Positions 56,930 to 64,000 of a stretch of 64,000 nt of DNA are shown piece by piece (the stretch's first letter is position 1; every line of letters starts with the position of its first letter). Source of the DNA: Oscillospiraceae bacterium (GTDB lineage Bacteria > Bacillota > Clostridia > Oscillospirales > Ruminococcaceae); NCBI GenBank assembly GCA_036653595.1, contig JAVVTQ010000006.1:2353-66352 (forward strand). The letters run 5' to 3'. The notes below the pieces were generated by a model. That model saw only the letters and a list, made by a program, of their open reading frames with translations, ran no database searches and had not been told where the DNA came from. The translations under genes and the position numbers were made by a program.

Positions 56930-58126
56930 ATGAACAGAAAAATATCAGTCGGTGTGACAGTCTCCTTCGCGCTCATAGCCGTTGCAATAACGTTTACGGC
57001 GACTATGATATTTGCAATGAAACTGTTTGACAAAAAGGTCGCGAGTGTGCAGGAGCGCGTCGCGATGTACGACAAGCTCTCCGAAATAGACAGCACTGTC
57101 CGCGACCACTACTACGGCCAAATAGACGATACAGAGCTGTTTCGCAGCATGGCGCGCGGATATATGTCGGGAATTGGAGACAGCGATTCCACGTACCTCA
57201 CCTCAGACGAGGTTGCGATGCGCCAACAGGCCATGAAGGGAACCAAAATCTCTGTCGGTATCGAGGTCGAAAAGGACACAAACGGCTATATGGTTATAAG
57301 TAAGGTATATGCCGATACGGCCGCCAGCAAGGTGGGCCTCAAAGCAAAGGATGTCATTGTCAAAATCAACGGCAAGGATGTGCTTTCGATAGGCTATGAC
57401 AAAGCGGTGTCGGAGCTGGACGGCATAGACGGCTCCAAACTCAATATCAGCTACAGCCGCAACGGCACGGAGAGCATCGCCGAGATGACGCGCTCTGTTA
57501 TAGATACAGCCTCTATTGAGTCGTATCAGATGAATGACATTTTTTACATTCGCATAAAGGGCTTCAACGACAAGACGACGGATCAATTTATGTCGGCTAT
57601 GAATACGGTTTCGGGAAATGACCAGATTAAAGGGTTGGTGTTTGATGTGCGCGGAATTGACGGCGGCTATGACCTTTCTGTCGCTGCAAACCTTCTCGAT
57701 GCACTTCTTCCTACAGGCACGCTGCTGACAGGCACATATTCCGGCGGCGACGTGAAAGTTCTGTTCACGAGCGACGACAAGTGTGTCTCTCTGCCCATGG
57801 TTGTGCTGGTGGACGGCGACACGCAGGGCTTTGCCGAGGCCTTTGCGGCAGTCCTCGGGGACAGCGAAAATTGCCGAATCGTCGGAAAGCTCACAAAGGG
57901 CAAGGGCACTCTCCAACAGCTGATACAGCTCACGGATGGCTCGGGAATCGACATCACGGTGGCGGTGCTCAATACTCCGATAAGCGGTGTCTTCAACGAT
58001 GTCGGGGTAAAGCCGGACTTCGAAGTTGAGGCGGCGGAGGGCTTTGTCCGCGGGGGAGAGCCGAACGAGCTAAACGATGCACAATATAAAAAAGCAGTCG
58101 ATGTTTTGCGTTCTATCCAGAAATAA
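56930..58126 (+). CDS. S41-family (C-terminal processing peptidase) homologue with PDZ domain; nucleophile motif appears degenerate
   Basis: N-terminal TM segment, a PDZ domain (GIEVEKDTNGYMVISKVYADTAASKVGLKAKDVIVKING) and an S41 core (LVFDVRGIDGG, TKGKGTLQ). Where the family normally has G-[ST]-A-S-A-[SA]-E, this protein reads D-T-Q-G-F-A-E (57821-57838). Confidence 0.8.
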   Translation: MNRKISVGVTVSFALIAVAITFTATMIFAMKLFDKKVASVQERVAMYDKLSEIDSTVRDHYYGQIDDTELFRSMARGYMSGIGDSDSTYLTSDEVAMRQQAMKGTKISVGIEVEKDTNGYMVISKVYADTAASKVGLKAKDVIVKINGKDVLSIGYDKAVSELDGIDGSKLNISYSRNGTESIAEMTRSVIDTASIESYQMNDIFYIRIKGFNDKTTDQFMSAMNTVSGNDQIKGLVFDVRGIDGGYDLSVAANLLDALLPTGTLLTGTYSGGDVKVLFTSDDKCVSLPMVVLVDGDTQGFAEAFAAVLGDSENCRIVGKLTKGKGTLQQLIQLTDGSGIDITVAVLNTPISGVFNDVGVKPDFEVEAAEGFVRGGEPNELNDAQYKKAVDVLRSIQK

Positions 58127-58214
58127 CACCATAATTCGTCAAATACTGTCAAGGCGGAAGAATTTTGCGGAGTTCTTCGGCCTTGATAATTATTGCTTTG
58201 ATTTTTGCATATAC

Positions 58215-58243
58215 TTGACAGTAAAGAGCGTTTAAACTATAAT
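58215..58243 (+). promoter_or_regulatory. Consensus sigma-70-type promoter of greA
   Basis: TTGACA, a 17-nt spacer, then TATAAT. Both hexamers are perfect. Confidence 0.8.
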
Positions 58244-58284
58244 AAATATCTGTTAAAAAGTGCACGAAAAGAAAGGCAATTATT

Positions 58285-58764
58285 ATGGGAAAAGAAGCAT
58301 TGATGAGCAAGTCCAAGCTCAAGGAATATGAGCAGGAATTAGAATATCTAAAAACAGTCAGGCGCAAGGAAGTAGCCGAGGTCATTAAAGAGGCGCGTTC
58401 ACACGGCGACCTGTCAGAGAACAGCGAGTACGATGAGGCCAAGAACACGCAGGCGATGGTCGAGAGCAGAATCGCGGAAATCGAGAAAATGCTCCAAAAT
58501 GCAAAGGTTATCGATGAGAGCGAGCTGACGACGGACAAGGTCGGAGTCGGCTGCACGGTAAAGGTCAAATTCAACGGTGACATAGAGAACTATTCTCTTG
58601 TAAGCTCCGGTGAAACCGATGCGTTGCGCGGCAAAATCAGCGATGAATCACCCGTCGGAAGCGCGCTTATCGGACACAGAGTCGGTGATACCTGCAACGT
58701 CATGGCTCCTTCGGGAGTTATAAGAATGGAAATTTTGGAGATCGGCAAGCAGAATTTAAGTTGA
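58285..58764 (+). CDS. greA: Transcription elongation factor GreA
   Basis: EARSHGDLSENSEYDEAK and the C-terminal domain SPVGSALIGHRVGD. Confidence 0.93.
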   Translation: MGKEALMSKSKLKEYEQELEYLKTVRRKEVAEVIKEARSHGDLSENSEYDEAKNTQAMVESRIAEIEKMLQNAKVIDESELTTDKVGVGCTVKVKFNGDIENYSLVSSGETDALRGKISDESPVGSALIGHRVGDTCNVMAPSGVIRMEILEIGKQNLS

Positions 58765-58865
58765 TTGCCGCTCGGTTTTGTATCGCTTGATTCTTCGTGC
58801 GGCCCAAAGCGAAAGCGGCTTTTGAGCTCACGAGGAATTATTTTTGTATAAGGAAGTGTAAAATA

Positions 58866-60371
58866 ATGGAAAATGATGTCAATTCACCGGTTGTAGAAAT
58901 TAATGAGAGCGAGCTTATTGCAATCAGAAAAGATAAGCTGGCAAAGCTAAAAGAGCGCGGAGCCGATCCATATAAAAAAACGAGGTATCCCGTCGATGCA
59001 CACTCGGGCCAAATTGCGGCTTCGTTTTGCGACGAGGCGGAAGAAAAAAGTGTTGTTTGTGTTGCAGGAAGAATAACAAGCTGGCGTGATATGGGCAAGG
59101 CAAACTTTATCGATTTGACTGACGCAGAGGGCAAAATTCAAGTATATGTGCGCCGCGACGATGTCGGAGAGGACGTCTATGCGGACTTCAAAACATGGGA
59201 TATCGGGGATATTGTCGGCATAAAGGGCTTTGTGTTTCGCACAAAGCGCGGAGAAATTTCCATTCATGCACAGGAAATAGAGCTTCTGTCAAAGTCGCTC
59301 ATACCGTTGCCCGAAAAATTTCATGGGCTAAAAGACGTAGACCTGCGCTATCGCCGCCGGTATATTGACCTCATTGTTAACCCCGAGGTCAAGGAGACTT
59401 TCCTGAAGAGGTCCGCGATAATCAAAGCCATCCGCGCATTCCTGGACTCGCTGGGATATCTCGAGGTGGAGACACCCGTTCTGCACACCATTGCTGGCGG
59501 GGCAGCCGCAAAGCCCTTTAAAACGCATCACAACACGCTGGATATGGACATGTATCTGCGAATTGCTTTGGAGCTGCACCTAAAACGGCTTATTGTGGGC
59601 GGCTTTGACAAGGTTTATGAGATTGGGCGCGTTTTTCGCAACGAGGGTATGTCGACAAGACACAACCCAGAGTTTACGATGCTTGAGATATACGCGGCCT
59701 ACAGCGATGTCGAGGATATAATGAACCTCACGGAGAACCTTGTCCGCAGCGTTGCCGTTGCGGTGCTGGGTTCGCAGGCAAAAACGACGCTCGACGGCGT
59801 GGAATATGATTTGGCAAAGCCTTTTGCACGCATTTCGATGAAAGAAGCAGTTTTGCGGGAATGCGATGTTGACTTTGACAAAATAGATTCGCTGGAGCAG
59901 GCGAGAGCTGCGGCAAAAGACCACGGTGTGGTGTTTGAGCAAAGGCATCTCAAGGGCGATATCCTGAACCTGTTTTTTGAAAAATTCTGTGAGGATAAGC
60001 TCATTCAGCCAACATTTTTAACGGGACATCCCGTTGACATATCCCCGCTGGCAAAGCGCGACCCGGCAAACCCCGAGTACACACAGCGCTTTGAGCTGTT
60101 TATCGGCGGCCGCGAGTATGGCAACGCCTTTTCTGAGCTAAATGACCCGATTGATCAACGCGAGCGCTTTGTCCGGCAAGCACAGCTAAAAGCACTCGGC
60201 GATGAAGAGGCATGCGATATCGATGAGGACTTTCTCACGGCGCTCGAATATGGTATGCCGCCTACAGGCGGACTTGGAATCGGTGTCGACAGGCTTGTTA
60301 TGCTCTTGACGGGCAGCGAATCAATCCGAGATGTGCTGCTGTTCCCGACGATGAAGCCGATAAAGGAATAA
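58866..60371 (+). CDS. lysS: Lysine--tRNA ligase (class II)
   Basis: Start at the ATG at 58866. RKDKLAKLKERGADPY, the OB fold, motif 2 FRNEGMSTRHNPEFTMLE and motif 3 GLGIGVDRLVMLL. Confidence 0.93.
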   Translation: MENDVNSPVVEINESELIAIRKDKLAKLKERGADPYKKTRYPVDAHSGQIAASFCDEAEEKSVVCVAGRITSWRDMGKANFIDLTDAEGKIQVYVRRDDVGEDVYADFKTWDIGDIVGIKGFVFRTKRGEISIHAQEIELLSKSLIPLPEKFHGLKDVDLRYRRRYIDLIVNPEVKETFLKRSAIIKAIRAFLDSLGYLEVETPVLHTIAGGAAAKPFKTHHNTLDMDMYLRIALELHLKRLIVGGFDKVYEIGRVFRNEGMSTRHNPEFTMLEIYAAYSDVEDIMNLTENLVRSVAVAVLGSQAKTTLDGVEYDLAKPFARISMKEAVLRECDVDFDKIDSLEQARAAAKDHGVVFEQRHLKGDILNLFFEKFCEDKLIQPTFLTGHPVDISPLAKRDPANPEYTQRFELFIGGREYGNAFSELNDPIDQRERFVRQAQLKALGDEEACDIDEDFLTALEYGMPPTGGLGIGVDRLVMLLTGSESIRDVLLFPTMKPIKE

Positions 60372-60375
60372 AATT

Positions 60376-60810
60376 ATGAAAATCATGGCCGTTGACTTCG
60401 GAGACACCCGAACGGGGCTTGCAATGTGCGACCGCACAGAGTTTCTGGCGTCTCCTTTGGGTGTAATAACTGAAAAAAGTCTGCCTAAAACAGTTGAAAA
60501 AATCGTCTATGCAGCCGCCGAGTACGAGGCGCGGATGATAGTCGTGGGACTTCCTCTCAACATGAACGGGACGGAGGGGGAGCGCGCGCAAAGGTGCAGA
60601 AAAGTGGCTGATATGCTCAAGAGCATTCTCCCGGACATGCCGGTGGAGCTTTGGGACGAGCGCGGAACCACGATATCTGCCACGCGCATAATGAACGAGA
60701 CAGATACGCGCGGGAAGAAGCGCAAGGAAACCCTTGATGCGGCAGCGGCTGCAATCATTCTTGAAAGCTATCTCGCATACAGAAAAAACCACCCTGTGGA
60801 AGAAAAATAA
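60376..60810 (+). CDS. ruvX: Holliday junction resolvase-like protein RuvX (YqgF)
   Basis: IMAVDFGDTRTGLAM, GLPLNMNGTEGE, DERGTT.SA. Confidence 0.9.
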   Translation: MKIMAVDFGDTRTGLAMCDRTEFLASPLGVITEKSLPKTVEKIVYAAAEYEARMIVVGLPLNMNGTEGERAQRCRKVADMLKSILPDMPVELWDERGTTISATRIMNETDTRGKKRKETLDAAAAAIILESYLAYRKNHPVEEK

Positions 60811-60834
60811 CGGAGCAAATGCGTTTATAAAAAA

Positions 60835-60867
60835 AGACGGCCTGATAAACTCAGACCGTCTTTTTTC
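60835..60867. terminator. Bidirectional intrinsic terminator (ruvX / ABC permease gene)
   Basis: AGACGGCCTG...CAGACCGTCT stem flanked by A7 and T6. Confidence 0.8.
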
Positions 60868-60904
60868 TTTTATTGACTTGGGTGCAGCGTGGAAAATGGG
60901 AATA

Positions 60905-61663
60905 CTATTCACGCGGAGCAATTTTTGCAAAAAACAGACTCATCAGCTTTTCCAGCGCGAAGCTCACGAGGACTATAATCAGTGTATAGGCAAAAAGCGC
61001 CGGGATGTCGAGAAAAATTTTCGAATTGTATAGTGCCTCACCCAGAGAAGCGCGCGTGAGGCCGATAACCTCAGCGGCGACGCCTGCTTTCCAGCAAAGT
61101 CCCAGCCCTGCGCAGCAGGCGCTTGTAAAAAAAGGATATACCTCAGGGTAGTATATCGCCCTAAACCTGTCGCCGGCAGTCATTGCGAAAATATCGGCCG
61201 CCTCAAATTGCTGCGGCTCGATGCTCTCAATGCCGGTCAGGACATTGGTATAAACGATTGGAAGAGATACGAGAAAAGATATCAGCAGCGCGAGATTATC
61301 CGAGCCTGTTATTATGAGGGCAAGAATGATGAAGGATGCGACAGGAGCGGCCTTTATCATCGCCATGAAGGGCTGTAAAAGAGCCTTGATGAAGGCGCTC
61401 GCAGAGGAGAGCGAAGCCAGAAGCACGCCCAACGCAGCGGAGGCCAAAAAACCGCCGACTATGCGCAGGCTTGAATTAGACAGCATGATATATAAAGAGC
61501 GCTGCCCCAGAATGTCGAGCAAGGAGCAAGCGACAGTGACGGGAGATGCGAGAAACAGCTCTTCGTCCAGCAAAAATGCGAAAAGCTGCCATATGCACAG
61601 CCAAAAAAAAATTGCAAACAACGAGTAAATCAGCTTTTTATGACGCAAGATAAAAGCCTTCAT
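60905..61663 (-). CDS. ABC transporter permease (NitT/TauT/SsuC-type)
   Basis: Start at the internal ATG at 61663 (MKAFILRHKKLIYS...). Six TM segments and an EAA-loop-like region (EAADIFAMTAGDRFRAIYYPEV). Overlaps the stop of the binding-protein gene. Confidence 0.8.
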   Translation of the reverse strand: MKAFILRHKKLIYSLFAIFFWLCIWQLFAFLLDEELFLASPVTVACSLLDILGQRSLYIMLSNSSLRIVGGFLASAALGVLLASLSSASAFIKALLQPFMAMIKAAPVASFIILALIITGSDNLALLISFLVSLPIVYTNVLTGIESIEPQQFEAADIFAMTAGDRFRAIYYPEVYPFFTSACCAGLGLCWKAGVAAEVIGLTRASLGEALYNSKIFLDIPALFAYTLIIVLVSFALEKLMSLFFAKIAPRE

Positions 61664-62639
61664 CCGGCATGACACCTCCGACTGATTTTGGGTTTTGCTC
61701 AAATAAAACTGACAGGTAGCCCGAGAGCAGCGCCTTCGTCTCAGCACCCCCGATGTAGGTGATGTTGCAATGAGGTATAGCTGTAGCGGCAATTTTTGAA
61801 TTTGCGACAATGCCGTATTCCTCAATGAGCTTTCCCGCTTTGGAGGGATTGGCATTAACATATTTTGCTGAATCAGCGCAGTCCGAGAGAAAGCTCTTTA
61901 AAAGCTCAGGGCTATTCTCTGCAAATTCACGCCGAACAACAATCACCCCGGTGACGAGTGCGCCATCCTCGGAAACCTCGTCCCACTCATGCGTGAGATC
62001 GAGCGCAATCCTAAAGTCTTTATTCTGCATTAGAACGCTCGTGACATAGGGCTGGGGCAGCAGCGCTACCGCGCCTGAATCCGAGGAGCGCAGCATCGCC
62101 GCAATCTCCGTCGCCTCAGATTTATACTCAATCTTCAGGTCAGTTGCGGGATCAATCCCATTTTTGGACAAAATATAGTTGAGGACAAATTCCGGCGTGG
62201 TGCCCTTTCCGGTAGAATAGATTGTCTTTCCTCGAAGATCAGAGACGCTGTGTATGCTGTCACCGTTTTCCACAATATACAAAACACCCAGAGTATTGAC
62301 AGCCGCAGCTTGAATTTCACCATTTGTTTTATTGTACAAAACGCCGGCGAGATTTGCGGGGATTGCGGCGATGTCGACCTTGCCTTTTATGAGCAACGCG
62401 AAAACCTCCTCGGCGGTGCCGTATACTTCGCTCTCTAGCGCGTATGAAGTCAAGCCGCTTTTGGCATCAGAGAGAAGCTTGACCAGCCCCATCGTTGTCG
62501 GCCCCTTGAGTGAGGCCATTCTCACAGCGGGAAGGTTTTCAAGGACAAGGGGGGCCTTAGGCGCACAGCCAAACAGCAGTGCAAGGCAAAGAACCAGAGA
62601 CAGCGCAGCCGGGAGAATTTTTTTCACGTCAAATACCAT
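61638..62639 (-). CDS. ABC transporter substrate-binding lipoprotein (NMT1/THI5-like, NitT/TauT family)
   Basis: Lipobox LFGC and a periplasmic-binding fold typical of aliphatic sulfonate / HMP-type SBPs. Confidence 0.75.
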   Translation of the reverse strand: MVFDVKKILPAALSLVLCLALLFGCAPKAPLVLENLPAVRMASLKGPTTMGLVKLLSDAKSGLTSYALESEVYGTAEEVFALLIKGKVDIAAIPANLAGVLYNKTNGEIQAAAVNTLGVLYIVENGDSIHSVSDLRGKTIYSTGKGTTPEFVLNYILSKNGIDPATDLKIEYKSEATEIAAMLRSSDSGAVALLPQPYVTSVLMQNKDFRIALDLTHEWDEVSEDGALVTGVIVVRREFAENSPELLKSFLSDCADSAKYVNANPSKAGKLIEEYGIVANSKIAATAIPHCNITYIGGAETKALLSGYLSVLFEQNPKSVGGVMPDEGFYLAS

Positions 62640-62692
62640 TCCTTTTGATTGTTTTTACATTACTATGATAGTATAATGTCGTCAGAATAAAA

Positions 62693-62706
62693 GTTGCTGC
62701 AGCAAC
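62693..62706. promoter_or_regulatory. Perfect 14-bp palindrome in the divergent SBP / Crp-Fnr intergenic region
   Basis: GTTGCTGCAGCAAC lies between the SBP start (62639) and the SD of the Crp/Fnr gene (62708-62715). Its function is unknown. Confidence 0.35.
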
Positions 62707-62725
62707 AAAAAGGAGCGATGTTCAA

Positions 62726-63418
62726 ATGCTTGAAGAATGCGCAGATGTGTTGGGCAAAGTCTCACTTTTCAAGGATATCGAAACAAAAGGCGCTCTGATT
62801 TTGTGCGAGGAAATGAGAGCGAGGCTGCTGGTGTTTAAAGGAAGAGAGACGATTATCGGTGAGGGAACGGAAAACCATAACATGTATATACTGATTTCAG
62901 GCGGGGCTGTCGGAGAGAAATCGACGGCGGACGGGAGAACTGTCACGGTAAACGACCTTAAGCCGGGTGATATATTCGGGGATGTTCTCTCAGGCTCATC
63001 CACGAGAAGTCCCGTCACGGTGCGCGCAAACGGCGGCTGTAAGGTTTTGGGTTTCCTGTTCGAAGCCGTCTTGTCAGCTTGCGCCAAAAACGACGAGTTA
63101 AATAGTCGGCTTTTGCGAAACCTTATATTGGAGATTTCCGACAAGTATTTTGCATTAAATAGGAGAGTTGAAATCCTCATTGAGAACAGAATCAGAAGAA
63201 AAATCGCGATTTATCTGCAAAATCTTTTAAAGAGCGGCGAGTCTGCAAAAATAAAAATGCCGCATAAAAGCAGAGAGGATCTTGCGCAGTATCTCAGCTG
63301 TGACAGGAGCGCGCTTTGCAGAGAGCTTTCCCGAATGAAGAGCGACGGTATAATTGACTACAACAAAAATACGGTTACAGTAAAGGACATTGGATTTCTC
63401 GGCATGCTAGCGCAATGA
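62726..63418 (+). CDS. Crp/Fnr family transcriptional regulator
   Basis: N-terminal cNMP-binding-like beta-barrel (LFKDIE..., GDIFGD) and a C-terminal HTH (SREDLAQYLSCDRSALCRELSRMKSDGII). There is no N-terminal Cys cluster of the Fnr type. Confidence 0.85.
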   Translation: MLEECADVLGKVSLFKDIETKGALILCEEMRARLLVFKGRETIIGEGTENHNMYILISGGAVGEKSTADGRTVTVNDLKPGDIFGDVLSGSSTRSPVTVRANGGCKVLGFLFEAVLSACAKNDELNSRLLRNLILEISDKYFALNRRVEILIENRIRRKIAIYLQNLLKSGESAKIKMPHKSREDLAQYLSCDRSALCRELSRMKSDGIIDYNKNTVTVKDIGFLGMLAQ

Positions 63419-63444
63419 CCTTCTGAAAAACAGCAAAAATAAAA

Positions 63445-63473
63445 GAGCGCAGACACGTCATGTGTTTGCGCTC
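63445..63473 (-). terminator. Intrinsic terminator downstream of the DegV-family gene
   Basis: GAGCGCAAACAC/GTGTCTGCGCTC stem. On the minus strand it is followed by TTTTATTTTT. Confidence 0.7.
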
Positions 63474-63526
63474 ATATTATTAGGTCGATTATGACAAAAT
63501 GCCGCTGTGCAGATTATTAAAATCGA

Positions 63527-64000
63527 TTACAGCGAAAATGCGGCGATTATGCCACCGTTATTGGCATAAAGTGTCGAAAGGCCAAGTGTTCTGGAGATTA
63601 TGACCTCGCCAACTGACGCGCATTTAGAGAGAATTGCGACTCTCATCTCTTCTGCGCGCTCCTTGCAGTTGCAGTGGCTGAGCGTGAGCGTGAGCGATTT
63701 AGTCGCTGCCTTTGCGGATTGAAGAGCAATCACTTCGACCAGCTCGGAGAGAGAATTGCGCAGTCCGCGGACAATTTTGTATGAAACAATTTCGCCGTTT
63801 CCGTTGTCGGAGAGAATAGGGTGTATGGACAAAACGGAGGCAATGGTTCCCTTTACCTTGCTCATGCGGCCGTTCTTGACGAGATTGCTGATGTCCTCCA
63901 GCACAAAAAGGGTGCGCATTTTGGAAATATAGGATTTGCCTTTTTCGACAATGACGTCAAATGTCGCGTTTTCGCCGATGAGCTTTGACAAAAACAAAGC
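63527..64000 (-). CDS. DegV family (fatty-acid-binding) protein, C-terminal part; the gene runs off the window
   Basis: LSKLIGE..., VLEDISNLVKNGRMSK, SHCNC... and TLGLSTLYANNGGIIAAF match the DegV C-terminal half. The ORF is open to the window edge. Confidence 0.75.
   Translation of the reverse strand, partial: ALFLSKLIGENATFDVIVEKGKSYISKMRTLFVLEDISNLVKNGRMSKVKGTIASVLSIHPILSDNGNGEIVSYKIVRGLRNSLSELVEVIALQSAKAATKSLTLTLSHCNCKERAEEMRVAILSKCASVGEVIISRTLGLSTLYANNGGIIAAFSL

Noticed and set aside
58765-58865. Possible T-box or L-box leader upstream of lysS
   Set aside because: The gap is only about 100 nt and lacks the T-box sequence, the specifier architecture and the lysine riboswitch core motifs.
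63679-63696. Short tandem repeat GAGCGT x3
   Set aside because: It lies inside the DegV-family coding sequence (encoding LTLTLS on the minus strand). It is too short to be a repeat element.
1-64000. Whole-window scan for CRISPR arrays, tRNA/rRNA/tmRNA/RNase P genes, IS elements, integrases, prophage genes or toxin-antitoxin pairs
   Set aside because: I saw no regularly spaced repeats, no tRNA T-arm or acceptor signatures, no transposase or integrase motifs and no inverted terminal repeats. Absence was judged by eye only; tRNAscan/Infernal and ISfinder searches would settle it.

Overview
This window reads as ordinary chromosomal core from a Firmicutes/Clostridia-type anaerobe. That placement is an inference from gene content: DapL-type lysine pathway, nrdDG, type III CoaX, an ECF S-component, an M-box upstream of mgtE, and a PspA/YdjI-like module. 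About 60 tightly packed protein genes can be assigned by eye.

Main blocks, in order:
- An aspartate-family cluster with divergent operons: thrC-thrB-ACT and hom-aspartate kinase-asd.
- Nucleoside and nucleobase deaminases scattered through the window: add, ade, cdd and a dCMP deaminase.
- A pspA / Zn-ribbon / SPFH membrane-stress operon.
- dapF-dapL, then hflX, then nrdDG behind a consensus promoter that carries an NrdR-box-like site.
- A seven-gene translationally coupled operon: ABC-2 / GldG / DUF4340 / YdbS / YdbT / RluA.
- A cell-wall block: M23-LysM-G5 peptidase, murA, a yycJ-like gene and rlmH.
- An M-box riboswitch with mgtE.
- A dCMP deaminase-coaX-ECF S-component-HAD operon.
- A PucR-like regulator followed by ftsE-ftsX-M23-S41.
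- greA-lysS-ruvX, then an ABC binding protein plus permease pair next to a Crp/Fnr regulator.

I found no tRNA or rRNA genes, CRISPR arrays, transposases, integrases or recognisable defence genes. I also see no clear-cut novel system.

The items most worth a second look are:
1. Two unusually long non-coding gaps. The gap at 44.7-45.1 kb has a cobalamin-riboswitch-like core and tandem terminators. The gap at 42.3-42.8 kb has a long hairpin that sequesters a strong SD in front of a 12-codon sORF.
2. The uncharacterised ABC-2/GldG/DUF4340/bPH2 envelope operon.
3. The PspA module with its Zn-ribbon partners.
4. An S41 protease homologue in the ftsEX cluster whose nucleophile motif looks degenerate.
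5. A TSUP transporter encoded as two half-size overlapping genes.

All functional calls come from motif recognition by eye. No database search was run.
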